Shown: positions 39,542 through 49,110, counted from the first letter of the stretch. The stretch: DNA of 64,000 nt from Minisyncoccota bacterium (GCA_031413715.1 JANOFO010000003.1:11047-75046); one strand, 5' to 3'. Numbers and translations: made by a program. Notes: generated from the letters alone by a model not told the origin.

Positions 39542-42500
39542 TTATTTTATATTTATCTTAAATACTAACTCATCAATATTTACTTCAGTTCCTTCATTCT
39601 CAGCGATTTTAATTTGCTTTGCACCCACGGTTTTTAGGAGTTCAACTTTAAATTTATTTATTATTTCTTGGCCATCTGTGTTAGTCGCAACTTCAAGCAC
39701 TACCACATCGCCAGGACTGAGTCCCTGTGCTTTACGCATGTCTTGAATCGCTCGGACAAGCTCGCGATACTGGCCTTCCTGCTTGAGCTCGGGAGTCATG
39801 TTTATATCAAGCTCTACCATAGATTCAATTGAATCATCCGCGCCAATCTCTTTTACATTCAATTCATCTTTAAGGATTTCAATATATTCTTCCTTGAGAT
39901 CTAGATTCTTGACTTTCAGCTGCCAGAGTGGCTGTCTGACTTTTATTCCCGCTTTCTGACGAGCTTCCAATCCTTGCGTGACTATTGATCGGACAGTCTC
40001 CATTTTGGAAAGCAAGTCATTATCAGCTTCGCTTCCTTTCGGCCACGAAGCAAGATGAACGCTTAATTCGTCTGCCTCACTTTTTAATTTCTGCCAAACA
40101 TCTTCTGCTGAAAAAGGCGCGAGCGGGGCTAGGAGCTTGGCTATCTCTTTGAGGGTAAAGTAGAGCGTCTGAAGCGCTTCGGTATCGTGATCCTTTATGC
40201 GGTCGCGAGAACGGCGCACATACCACGTAGAAAGATCGTCGATGAATTCACGGATCGCACGCGTTGGCTCGAGAAGCTTGTAGCTGTCCAAATTCTGAGT
40301 CACAGTATTCACCAGTCGATTGAGTTTAGCGATTATCCATTGATCGAGGATATTGCCTGAAGTCTTCTTCTCAACTTTCTCTAAATCCGTGTCTCTATAC
40401 AATTCATAGAACGCGAGCACATTGTAGAGCAAGTTGAATACTTTATTGTGGAGCTCAGCAACTGTCTTCTCGTCGAAGTTCTTTGATTCACCTGGCTGAT
40501 TGACCGAGTACATCCAGAGGCGGAGAGTGTCGACGCCATATTTTTCGATCATCACCCACGGATCAACAATGTTGCCGAGAGATTTTGACATCTTTTTGCC
40601 TTTCTCATCGAGAATATGCCCGAGGCAGATGACATTCTTGTATGCGCGGCCTCTGCCCATGAGCACTCCAACAGCATGGAGAGTGTAAAACCATCCGCGA
40701 GTCTGATCGATAGCTTCAGATATGTAATCGGCCGGGAAGCCTGTGCCATCTACCCATTCTTTATTCTCAAATGGATAGTGATCCTGAGCAAATGGCATAG
40801 CGCCCGAATCAAACCAGACATCCATAACTTCTTTGACCCGAGTTATTTCTTGCCCATCTTCGGACACGAGCTTTATCTGATCTATGTATGGTCGGTGAAG
40901 ATCGAGTTCGTATTCTTCGTTGTGAGGGACAGGCACGAAAGGCAGCGCACGTACTTCAGCATTCATAAATCTCTTGAAATCAGGAACAAAGACATGCGTA
41001 CCAGCCACCTGATATTCTTTGTTGTCCGGCATGAATAGTCCCGAATTCACATAGCATGCCCATGCCGGACCGCCGTGAGTGATGATCAATATATTCTTAT
41101 CTTTATATGTTTCCTCAAGTTCATACAGGACCTCAGCCGTTCTCTTTTGAACATCTTTGAGTGATTCCCCGCCTCCGATCTTCTCTGTGAACCATTTTAG
41201 TCCTGTGTTCGTATATACATATTTGTGGTATGTATTCCAATCCTTATTATCAAAATCACCAGGGTTTATTTCCTGCAATCGCGGATCATATTTGATAGCA
41301 TCAAGTGACATACTCAAAGTTTCTGCCACAAGATCCGCAGTTTCTTTCGTACGAGTAAAGGGAGACGAAACGATGATATCAATATTGTTAGCTTTGAGCA
41401 GAGAAGCCTGCCTTCTCACTTCTTCTTTTCCTTCTGGAGTCAGATTATCAGTCGCCTGGTTTTTATAGCTCACTAATTCATGCAAGTTACCTTCCGTACC
41501 GCCATGGCGCATGACAAAATATTTGTTGCCGGACTTCTTGGTCTTTTTTTTCATTTCCTCAAGACTGCCGATGACTTCAAGCGTGCCATCTGCCGTCTGC
41601 CATATCGGAAGCGGTGTACCCCAGTAGCGCTCGCGTGATATTGCCCAATCTTTTATATCCTTGAGCCATTCACCGAAACGCCCGTCACGGATATGTGCTG
41701 GCTCCCAATTAATTTCTTTATTCTGATCTATTAACTGCTTTTTGATCTTCTCATCAGACATGCGGATGTACCATGAATCGCGCGCATAGTAGATAAGCGG
41801 GGTCTTACATCGCCAGCAATGAGGGTATGAGTGCTCATATTTTTCCTTTTTGAAAAGCAATCCTCGATGAGCCAAGTCTTTGATAATATCCACTGCAACT
41901 TCTTCATCCTTGACGAATCTACCTTCTAGGAAATCTGTGCCCTTAACAAAATGACCTGTATCATCTACTGTATGGAATTTGGGAAGTCCAACTTTTGTGC
42001 CAAGCTCAAAGTCTTCCTGACCATACATAACCGCAGTATGAACAATGCCGCTACCATCAGTCGTCGTTACGAAATCAGCAGTATAAACTTTGTATGCGTT
42101 CTGTAATTTTTCATCGCCTTTATTAAGCTCCCCAAGATATGGATACAGAGGCTCATATTCGAGGCCAATAAGTTCATTTCCTATAATATCATTATGTACA
42201 ATTTCGATTTTTTGATCTTTAAAAAGTTCAGGAACTCTTGCGGTTGCAACAACATACAACTCTTGTACTCCTTCAACACGCAGAGCTGTGTAAGAAATAT
42301 CCTTACCAACCGCCAAAGCAACATTACCTAGAAGTGTCCAAGGGGTTGTTGTCCAAGCTATGAGATAAACAGTGTCCTTTGTCTCGTTACCCTTGCCCCA
42401 TTTCTGTCCCGGCTTTAAATGAAATTTCGCATATACTGACAGATCCTTGTCATCTTGGTATCCTTGCGCAAGTTCATGTGACGAAAGAGCCGTCCCACAG

Positions 42501-43057
42501 CGTGGACACCAAGGCAAGACCTTGTAGTCCTTATAGAGCAACTTCTGCTCGTTTACTTTCTTTACAACATTCCATACTGACTCTATATATGTATTGTTAT
42601 ATGTGATGTATGGATTATCTTTATCTACCCAATACCCTACTCGATCACGAAATGTATACCAAAGATCAATATATCTCCAAACGCTTTCGCGACATTTCTG
42701 ATTAAATTTAGCAATGCCATATTCTTCTATATCTTTTTTTGATGTAAGGCCAAGTTCTTTTTCTACTTGAAGTTCAACTGGAAGACCATGCGTATCCCAA
42801 CCGCCTTTTCGGCCCACATGATATCCTTGCATCGTCTTGTATCTCGGAATAGCATCTTTGAAAGATTGAGGCTCTAAATGGTGTATTCCTGGCTTGCCAT
42901 TGGCTGTCGGCGGGCCATCGTAAAAAACAAACTCTCCTTTCGGCGAATCCTTCGCGAGTGTCTTCTGGAAAATACTATTCTCTTTCCAGAATTCTAAGAT
43001 TTTCTCTTCTCGGAGCGCAGCTTCTGATTTCTTGTTTTGTATTTCTTTATCTTCCAT
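39542..43057 (-). CDS. ileS: Isoleucyl-tRNA synthetase containing an inserted histidine-phosphatase (phosphoglycerate-mutase family) domain (~aa 505-715)
   Basis: 1171 aa in a single ORF. IleRS blocks: HIGH-type motif (PTANGKPGIHH), editing/CP1 region, WCWRCKTP, KMSKS (KMSKSLGNIVDP), C-terminal anticodon-binding and junction domains. Between ..ISRERYWGTPLPIWQTADGTLEVIGSLEEM and ..LDLHRPYIDQIKL...DVWFDSG lies a ~210-aa segment with the three PGAM hallmarks: FVMRHGGTEGN, SSPFTRTKETA and LIITHGGPAW. Confidence 0.9.
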   Translation of the reverse strand: MEDKEIQNKKSEAALREEKILEFWKENSIFQKTLAKDSPKGEFVFYDGPPTANGKPGIHHLEPQSFKDAIPRYKTMQGYHVGRKGGWDTHGLPVELQVEKELGLTSKKDIEEYGIAKFNQKCRESVWRYIDLWYTFRDRVGYWVDKDNPYITYNNTYIESVWNVVKKVNEQKLLYKDYKVLPWCPRCGTALSSHELAQGYQDDKDLSVYAKFHLKPGQKWGKGNETKDTVYLIAWTTTPWTLLGNVALAVGKDISYTALRVEGVQELYVVATARVPELFKDQKIEIVHNDIIGNELIGLEYEPLYPYLGELNKGDEKLQNAYKVYTADFVTTTDGSGIVHTAVMYGQEDFELGTKVGLPKFHTVDDTGHFVKGTDFLEGRFVKDEEVAVDIIKDLAHRGLLFKKEKYEHSYPHCWRCKTPLIYYARDSWYIRMSDEKIKKQLIDQNKEINWEPAHIRDGRFGEWLKDIKDWAISRERYWGTPLPIWQTADGTLEVIGSLEEMKKKTKKSGNKYFVMRHGGTEGNLHELVSYKNQATDNLTPEGKEEVRRQASLLKANNIDIIVSSPFTRTKETADLVAETLSMSLDAIKYDPRLQEINPGDFDNKDWNTYHKYVYTNTGLKWFTEKIGGGESLKDVQKRTAEVLYELEETYKDKNILIITHGGPAWACYVNSGLFMPDNKEYQVAGTHVFVPDFKRFMNAEVRALPFVPVPHNEEYELDLHRPYIDQIKLVSEDGQEITRVKEVMDVWFDSGAMPFAQDHYPFENKEWVDGTGFPADYISEAIDQTRGWFYTLHAVGVLMGRGRAYKNVICLGHILDEKGKKMSKSLGNIVDPWVMIEKYGVDTLRLWMYSVNQPGESKNFDEKTVAELHNKVFNLLYNVLAFYELYRDTDLEKVEKKTSGNILDQWIIAKLNRLVNTVTQNLDSYKLLEPTRAIREFIDDLSTWYVRRSRDRIKDHDTEALQTLYFTLKEIAKLLAPLAPFSAEDVWQKLKSEADELSVHLASWPKGSEADNDLLSKMETVRSIVTQGLEARQKAGIKVRQPLWQLKVKNLDLKEEYIEILKDELNVKEIGADDSIESMVELDINMTPELKQEGQYRELVRAIQDMRKAQGLSPGDVVVLEVATNTDGQEIINKFKVELLKTVGAKQIKIAENEGTEVNIDELVFKINIK

Positions 43058-43310
43058 ATATTAAAAAACTCGTCCACGTACAGCAATTAAAAATTACTAT
43101 ACAAGGACGAGTTTCCTCGTGGTACCACCTTGCTTACTTCTCATTTTATAGGGCTCTACTCTCCGCCTAGGACGGATTTCTTCCCAATGCCTGTCCGAAA
43201 TAAATATTAGTATTTATGTCGGGCTCAGAGGTGATGCCTGTCCGGACTATTCGGACGGGGCCTCGTCATTGCATCTACCTATAGAATACAGATAAATCAC
43301 TGACTTTGCA
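43058..43310 (-). promoter_or_regulatory. T-box riboswitch leader of ileS (putative specifier AUC)
   Basis: The reverse-strand leader contains AAGCAAGGTGGTACCACGAGGAAACTCGTCC, matching the T-box consensus GGGTGGNACCGCG. This is followed by a terminator hairpin (aaactcgtcc ...38 nt... ggacgagttt) and TTTTTT, ending 5 nt before the ileS ATG. Upstream there are repeated cggacagg stem elements and a candidate specifier ggcAUCAcc (the + strand GAT at 43233-43235). Confidence 0.65.
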
Positions 43311-43314
43311 AGAA

Positions 43315-44055
43315 TTAGATAATACTTCCAACCTTAAGACCAAGCTTGTCGCTTGCTGATTCATTTTGGACTATGATCTCAAGGAAGCGCTTTTCTCCGA
43401 AACCAGAACTCCCTCGAGTCAATGCAGGCTTGCCGTCTTTTGGAACATCAGCTAGGCGCTCGTAAAATTCGAGATCCTTCATGAAATGACTTTCATTCTC
43501 GATAAGGGTTGTCTTGCAGTTGCCGAAGTTATCTACCCTCCATACGAAGTTTTTTTCTCCGAAATCTTCGACATCTACTTCTTTTGCAGGTACATCTTCT
43601 CCTTCGCTAAGCCATTTGGCAAGATACGGTAGGTACTCAAAGCTTCTAAATTGTGAATTGGAAATCCGCAAGGCTTCATCGTGATCGAGAAACTTACTGC
43701 ATACTTCAAACACATCTGTTTCATAAACCTTGGAGAATAGCCCGAGCTTCTTGGCAAGAGGAAAGCAATTCGGCGTTCCTAGTATCAGCAATTTCCCGAG
43801 TCTGCAAAAGCAAAATGGAATACCATTTAGGTACTTTTCCTTATTGCCACGCAAGGCAACATTGATGGAAATAATGCCAGGTGCATCCTTGTAGGCATCG
43901 ATTGTATCGATAAGATCACCCTGAGCCTTTAGGCTCGATTCTACTCCGCAAAAGTTGGTGGAAATATTTTCAAGAAGACCATGGTAACGTGCTACTTGGC
44001 GCGTGCGGGCATTGTCGTCGAGGCAGTCATTGATGATTGTGACAAGTTGTGACAT
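43315..44055 (-). CDS. Hypothetical protein, possibly a divergent DUF62 / SAM hydroxide adenosyltransferase (SalL/FlA-like)
   Basis: 246 aa. C-terminal VWRVDNFGNCKTTLIENE resembles the DUF62 C-terminal ID.FGN..TN motif. A mid-region TPNCFPLAKKL weakly resembles RDIFAPVAAHL. The N-terminal motif is poorly conserved. This is weak, memory-based similarity. Confidence 0.35.
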   Translation of the reverse strand: MSQLVTIINDCLDDNARTRQVARYHGLLENISTNFCGVESSLKAQGDLIDTIDAYKDAPGIISINVALRGNKEKYLNGIPFCFCRLGKLLILGTPNCFPLAKKLGLFSKVYETDVFEVCSKFLDHDEALRISNSQFRSFEYLPYLAKWLSEGEDVPAKEVDVEDFGEKNFVWRVDNFGNCKTTLIENESHFMKDLEFYERLADVPKDGKPALTRGSSGFGEKRFLEIIVQNESASDKLGLKVGSII

Positions 44056-44243
44056 AGCTTTTTAATTTTAAATTGTTAAAACAACCCGTCGGGGCTGTTT
44101 TTTGCATTTCATAGGTAGATTTGAGAATTTATGCAGTGCAACAAGCAACCCCGATATTTGGGGTTTTCATCATAACTGCCATCATTCCTTGTTTGCACGT
44201 ATTCATATATAGAATGATATCAAAATTATATTCACCCTGTCAA

Positions 44244-45938
44244 TTACATCTTTTCTGGAGTTTTGATACCTAGGAGGTAGAGGCCATTTTTCATAGTTTG
44301 ATGAAATGCCTCTACGAGAGCGATGCGGTATGGGGCATGCGGATCATTTTTATTTATAATCTGAGTATTCGCATAGAAAGAATTAAAAGCACTAGCGAGT
44401 TCGGTAAGATACGTCGCGATGTGATGAGGCTCAAGCGCTTCGTATGAACGCACCACAATTTCAGGGAATTGATAAAGAATATGTTCTAGATTCGTGACTT
44501 CATTTGGTACATCTTTATATCCTAGAGAAAGGTCTTCTTGTTCTGCTTTTTTAAGCAGTGCATTTGCGCGAACAGCAGTGTATTGCAGATATGGGCCAGA
44601 GTCCCCTTCAAATGAGATAGATTTCTCAAAGTCATATACGATGTCGCCAGTCAGTGAAGAGCGAAGAATGGAATATTTCACCGCAGAGACTCCAACTTCT
44701 TCACTGATAGATTTCTTTTCTTCATTGGAGAATTCGCGATCTTTAACCTTCTCACCGACCACATCCATAGAATCCCGAATCAATGATTCTCCTGTTATGA
44801 CATTGCCTTTTCGAGAAGACATCTTGCCAGAAGCAAACTTCATCATGCCATGAGTCACATGCTTCATACGCTTCTCATAATCTGGATGGATCAATGACAC
44901 AGCTTTCTGCACTACTTTCATATATTCGCCTTGCTCAATAGCCGTAACGATAATAGATAGATCAGGGTCTTCTTTGCCAAACTTGGTCATCATCAATCCT
45001 ATTTCTTTTGTCTCATAGAGAGGAATACCTAGCGATGTAATGAAAACTCTGGTGTGCAGTTTCGGATCATACTTTTCGGCATGGAACACTATTGCGCCAT
45101 CGGATTCTTCAAAAACCTTTCCAAGATTCTCTTGTACGATCTTCTGACCAATTGGAGCCATTTCAGACTCAAAGAAATAATAATTAAATTTTGTACCAAG
45201 AAGAGAATATATTTCTTCAAATGCATCGAGGGTGACTTGTCTGCCCCAATCATATATTGTATTTATATCCTCATCACTTCTATCATAGACTTTTTTATTT
45301 ATAACATCGATTTCTTTCTTTATATTTTCATCCTCATCTGCTTTTGTGCTTGCTTTGGCATACTGCTCGCCGATCCATAAAGCTCCCTTTCCTTCGTACG
45401 ATTCACCAGAGTTAATAATGCCATAGATAGCTTTAGCGACATGAGGTCCGACATCACCTTGATAGTTTGCGCGGATAGTATGAGCCCCAGAGTATTCCAT
45501 GATGCGAGCGATGGATTCCCCTATAGCATTTGTCATCAAGTGGCCGATATGAAACGGCTTGAAAGGATTGGGATCAGTGTATTCCACCATAATTTTCTTA
45601 CATTTTACACGCTCATTTTTACCCCAATCTTCTTTTTGCTTTAAAATATCTTTTACTGCATCAGCAAAAAATTCTCGAGAGAGATAGAAATTGATAAATC
45701 CTGGTCCAGCGATTTCGATCTTAGCGATTTCCTTCGGTAAATTACTTTCAAGTTCACTTTTGATCTTTTCAGCAAGCTCGCGCGGATTACTCCCTGCAAC
45801 TTTAGCGTAAGCAAGCGCAACATTCGTAGAATAATCTCCATTGATAATTTCAGCTGGATGTTCAAGAATTATATCTTCGGCATCAATTCCAAGATTTTTC
45901 AGCGCTATCTTAATTTGTTCTTTTAATTTTTCCTGCAT
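44244..45938 (-). CDS. argS: Arginyl-tRNA synthetase
   Basis: 564 aa. N-terminal Arg_tRNA_synt_N, class I HIGH variant (..PNPFKPFHIGHL..), C-terminal DALR anticodon-binding region. Confidence 0.9.
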   Translation of the reverse strand: MQEKLKEQIKIALKNLGIDAEDIILEHPAEIINGDYSTNVALAYAKVAGSNPRELAEKIKSELESNLPKEIAKIEIAGPGFINFYLSREFFADAVKDILKQKEDWGKNERVKCKKIMVEYTDPNPFKPFHIGHLMTNAIGESIARIMEYSGAHTIRANYQGDVGPHVAKAIYGIINSGESYEGKGALWIGEQYAKASTKADEDENIKKEIDVINKKVYDRSDEDINTIYDWGRQVTLDAFEEIYSLLGTKFNYYFFESEMAPIGQKIVQENLGKVFEESDGAIVFHAEKYDPKLHTRVFITSLGIPLYETKEIGLMMTKFGKEDPDLSIIVTAIEQGEYMKVVQKAVSLIHPDYEKRMKHVTHGMMKFASGKMSSRKGNVITGESLIRDSMDVVGEKVKDREFSNEEKKSISEEVGVSAVKYSILRSSLTGDIVYDFEKSISFEGDSGPYLQYTAVRANALLKKAEQEDLSLGYKDVPNEVTNLEHILYQFPEIVVRSYEALEPHHIATYLTELASAFNSFYANTQIINKNDPHAPYRIALVEAFHQTMKNGLYLLGIKTPEKM

Positions 45939-45955
45939 TTTCTACTTTCTACTAG

Positions 45956-46378
45956 CTACTTCTTCCCCGTACTTCCAAACATTCCTTCTCCACGAGCTGA
46001 GTCACTGAGCGTATCAGTCTCTTCAAGTTCGCATATAGCCACAGGCACGATAACAAGCTGGGATACTTTGTCTCCTTTTTCAAAAGCATAAGGCTTGTCA
46101 GAAAGATTTACTAAAAGGGTGTTATATTCACCTCGATATCCTGCATCAAAGACTCCTCCCATATGATGCAGCCCTGCCTTGGACATGCTACTCTTGTCCA
46201 TAATTATACCACCGTAGCCGTCGGGAAATTCGAGAGCAAACCCATGCCAGAATCTATAATGCTCCATTGGCTGGATAATCTTATCCTCCATCGCATACAT
46301 ATCCATGCCAATATCTCCCGGATGAGCGTATCTTGGCAACTTCGCATTCTCTTTTAATTTTTTAACTTTGATTTTCAT
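45956..46378 (-). CDS. dut: dUTP diphosphatase
   Basis: 140 aa. ..LPRYAHPGDIGMDMYA.., ..GIIMDKSSMSKAGL.., ..GVFDAGYRGE.., ..GDKVSQLVI.. are dUTPase motifs 1-5. Confidence 0.9.
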   Translation of the reverse strand: MKIKVKKLKENAKLPRYAHPGDIGMDMYAMEDKIIQPMEHYRFWHGFALEFPDGYGGIIMDKSSMSKAGLHHMGGVFDAGYRGEYNTLLVNLSDKPYAFEKGDKVSQLVIVPVAICELEETDTLSDSARGEGMFGSTGKK

Positions 46379-46380
46379 TT

Positions 46381-46953
46381 TTATATTTTAATTATCTCTT
46401 TGACTTTCTTTACAACTTGCTTTGGTGACAAGCGAGTATTATCTATCTCTATATTATACTTCACCGGGGCAGGAGTATTCCAATCTTTTTCTTTCTTCAT
46501 TATTTGCCTCATTATCTTAGGATCAGCAAGTTTGTTCAATTTCTTCCTTGATTTCCCTGATACACGCTTGATAAGAGCATTTCGATCAGCAGTCAGGTGA
46601 ACGAAATACGCTTTCCCACCGGCCTTCTCAATAAATGATTGAATTTTCTTCACAAACATAGGATCACTTAAACCTGTCAATGAAACATAATCTGCCGAAT
46701 ACGCATGAGTAGTTACAGTATTCAAATGGCCTTTTGAGATTTCTTCAAATATAGACAATCTCAATGTTTCAACTAAACGATTGAGGTTTAGGGTGTCTCT
46801 CTCAAAAAGTTCTCTGGCAATATCGTAAGTATGGTGATTATGGAAAAATTTATATCCAGTCTGTTTTTGGAATTCTTTAGCTACTGTATATTTACCTACA
46901 GCAAACGGGCCATAGAATGTGACAACATTGAATTTGGGTTTTTTAGTTTTCAT
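46381..46953 (-). CDS. P-loop NTPase / small-molecule kinase-like protein
   Basis: 190 aa. Walker A (TFYGPFAVGKYT). It has the size and layout of the AAA_33 / nucleoside-kinase fold. Substrate unknown. Confidence 0.5.
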   Translation of the reverse strand: MKTKKPKFNVVTFYGPFAVGKYTVAKEFQKQTGYKFFHNHHTYDIARELFERDTLNLNRLVETLRLSIFEEISKGHLNTVTTHAYSADYVSLTGLSDPMFVKKIQSFIEKAGGKAYFVHLTADRNALIKRVSGKSRKKLNKLADPKIMRQIMKKEKDWNTPAPVKYNIEIDNTRLSPKQVVKKVKEIIKI

Positions 46954-47483
46954 TTAAAATTTACTGAACATTTCTAATATAGGAGGGAAAAATAGAGAAG
47001 TGACAAATTTACTTTTTTCTTGCTCAGAAAGATTTTTAATACTTTCTATAGAATACTCTTCAAATCCAGCTCCATCTTCAGGTTCGATTTTTAAATCGAA
47101 AATTGTACCAGAAAAATTATAGCCAAAAAAATATCGAAGTGCATTATTTATAGTTTTTGTTTCAGGATCTTCATTTCGAAAAAGAACCCTACCAAGATAT
47201 TTAAGATTATCAATACTTTCCTCAATACCAGTTTCTTCTCTTAATTCGTTAATCGCTGCTTGTTCAATAGTTTGATCAAGTTCAACATGGCCACTTACGG
47301 AAAAGGTTAGTTTGCCAGGATGCGTTTCTTTAGTAATTGAACGTTTCTGGAAAACAAATTTATCATTAGGTAACTTTATAAGAACAAATACCTCTGGGTG
47401 CAGTAGCCCTTTTTGGTGAACAACGGATCTTTCTTCAGAACCTATTACATCTCCACGCTCATTAATAAGAGGTATTTTCATAA
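46954..47483 (-). CDS. NUDIX hydrolase (the ORF track extends it upstream to 47613 with a hydrophobic N-terminus)
   Basis: Nudix box (SGHVELDQTIEQAAINELREETGIEE). Start taken at MKIPLINERGD. Confidence 0.7.
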
Positions 47484-47554
47484 CTACCCCAGTATAACAA
47501 AATAAACCAATCCCATGAAGAGATTGGTTTATCAATGTTTTGTTATAAATTATT

Positions 47555-47974
47555 TTACTCGTCACGAAAGTCGAGCCAAAAAGGACAATAATTACCAACT
47601 GGTTGTCCGTCAATATTTATGGGCATAGTGCCGCTGCCAATATTGAAGATTTTTTTCGCAGGATTGCCATCATTCTCATTACAAGCAAGATGACAATCTC
47701 CTTTACCAGTAGCATACACTGAGCCCATTTCTCCCCGGTAGAAACAATTTCTACATGTTCTTTGTACAACCCCATCTGTTGGAGTATATAATACTTCCGT
47801 AGGTGTTAATTCTTTTTTTGGATCATCTTTCGTTTCTGCAGCGATGAATGGCTGCCCGTTAAGGAGACGCAAGCCTCCTTTTTTAACAGTAAGACCTTTT
47901 TTCATAACAATAAGTTTATTTTTTGATTTTGAATATTCAGTTACATTATAGCACGCGAAATCCCATGTTGTCAA
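47555..47974 (-). CDS. Hypothetical Cys-rich small protein (probable start MKKGLTVKKGG.. at about 47905)
   Basis: ~116-139 aa. CRNCFYRGEMGSVYATGKGDCHLACNENDG...YCPFW, with 5-6 Cys suggesting a metal site. No family recognised. Embedded in the nucleotide operon. Confidence 0.4.
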   Translation of the reverse strand: MTTWDFACYNVTEYSKSKNKLIVMKKGLTVKKGGLRLLNGQPFIAAETKDDPKKELTPTEVLYTPTDGVVQRTCRNCFYRGEMGSVYATGKGDCHLACNENDGNPAKKIFNIGSGTMPINIDGQPVGNYCPFWLDFRDE

Positions 47975-47980
47975 TATTTA

Positions 47981-48673
47981 CTATTTAAGTAATTTTCGAA
48001 CTTTTCCATAAACCTCCTCATGTATATCTTCGCGAGTGCGGAGAATATTCTTTTGGGCACATTCTATCTGCTTGAATTCGGGCTGCGTCTTGGCGAGCCA
48101 AAGAGCGCTCTTGCGAGAATTTGTAAGGTATTCAACATTTCCTTCTACTATATCTTTCTTCTTGCCTAGATATGTGCGTTTAGATTTCTTGTTGCGTTCT
48201 TTAATAAGATTCAAGATAACAGACATCGGAAGGTTAAGATAAAAAACCACATCGGGTCGAGGAATTTTGAAAACTTTATATTCCATCTCATCTAGCCACT
48301 TTATAAATGCTGCACGCTTAGCCGCATTCTTGATCTTGCCTCCTTGGTGGATCTGATTGGCGCTCACATAGCGATTCGCAAGGACTATGTAGCCCCGCTT
48401 GAGCCAGCCTTCGATCTCTGCTTTTGATTCAAACCGGTCACCTGCATAGAGTACCGAGGCGATCTTTGGATGAACTTTGACGAAATTATAATATTGTTCA
48501 GAAAGGCAGTGACCGATAAATTTACCGAAAAAGTTCTTGTAGTATTCTGGAAAGTCTACATTCTTAACTATATACCCTTCTTTCTTTAATCTTTTAGTCA
48601 ACAAATCCACCTGGGTTGCTTTTCCGCTACCATCCGTACCGTCTATTACTATGAGTTTACCTTTTCTTTTCAT
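47981..48673 (-). CDS. tmk: Thymidylate (dTMP) kinase
   Basis: 230 aa. P-loop (IVIDGTDGSGKATQ). DRY/LID region (LYAGDRFESKAEIEGWLKRGYIVLANRYVSANQIHQGG) aligns well with the Tmk DR(H/Y)...S..AYQG block. Confidence 0.75.
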   Translation of the reverse strand: MKRKGKLIVIDGTDGSGKATQVDLLTKRLKKEGYIVKNVDFPEYYKNFFGKFIGHCLSEQYYNFVKVHPKIASVLYAGDRFESKAEIEGWLKRGYIVLANRYVSANQIHQGGKIKNAAKRAAFIKWLDEMEYKVFKIPRPDVVFYLNLPMSVILNLIKERNKKSKRTYLGKKKDIVEGNVEYLTNSRKSALWLAKTQPEFKQIECAQKNILRTREDIHEEVYGKVRKLLK

Positions 48674-48677
48674 TGTT

Positions 48678-49109
48678 CTACTTTATCGCATCGTAGTAAT
48701 TCTTGCCAGTTTTGTATGATTCAATAGCAAGACCTGTCTGTATAAATACAGGATCAGGTAACTTACCAAGATCATACCATCCCCAATCTTCAAGTTTTTC
48801 AGGTTCGAGTACCTGCGGTTCTCCGCTTTCCCAATCAGCAAGTAAGACTATATTTACATAATGCTTTGGAGCATAGTGAAAAATATTTCCTACATGCAAG
48901 AATCGAATATTTTTAATCTGAATTCCTGTTTCCTCTAATGTTTCACGTCGAGCACAATCTTCAAATGACTCCATGTACTCTAGATGTCCACCTGGAAATG
49001 CATATTCACCTATGCCATGGGAACTTTTCCGCTTACCCATCAAGACCTTGCCATCTTTCAAGATCATGATCCCCATACCAACTCTTGGTCTTTGATTTTC
49101 TGTATCCAT
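48678..49109 (-). CDS. NUDIX hydrolase
   Basis: 143 aa. Nudix box (GGHLEYMESFEDCARRETLEETGI). Confidence 0.8.
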   Translation of the reverse strand: MDTENQRPRVGMGIMILKDGKVLMGKRKSSHGIGEYAFPGGHLEYMESFEDCARRETLEETGIQIKNIRFLHVGNIFHYAPKHYVNIVLLADWESGEPQVLEPEKLEDWGWYDLGKLPDPVFIQTGLAIESYKTGKNYYDAIK

Positions 49110-49110
49110 A

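Noticed and set aside
40910-41551. Possibility that the extra IleRS segment is an intein
   Set aside because: There is no Cys/Ser/Thr at the N-junction, no terminal HN, and no Hint or homing-endonuclease blocks. Instead it has the RHG...R..T...HGG pattern of histidine phosphatases.
44056-44243. Candidate riboswitch or terminator structures in the argS-DUF62 spacer
   Set aside because: Only imperfect short hairpins (aacccc-gatattt-ggggtt). No T-box or other recognisable motif. Orientation is inconsistent with the flanking minus-strand genes.
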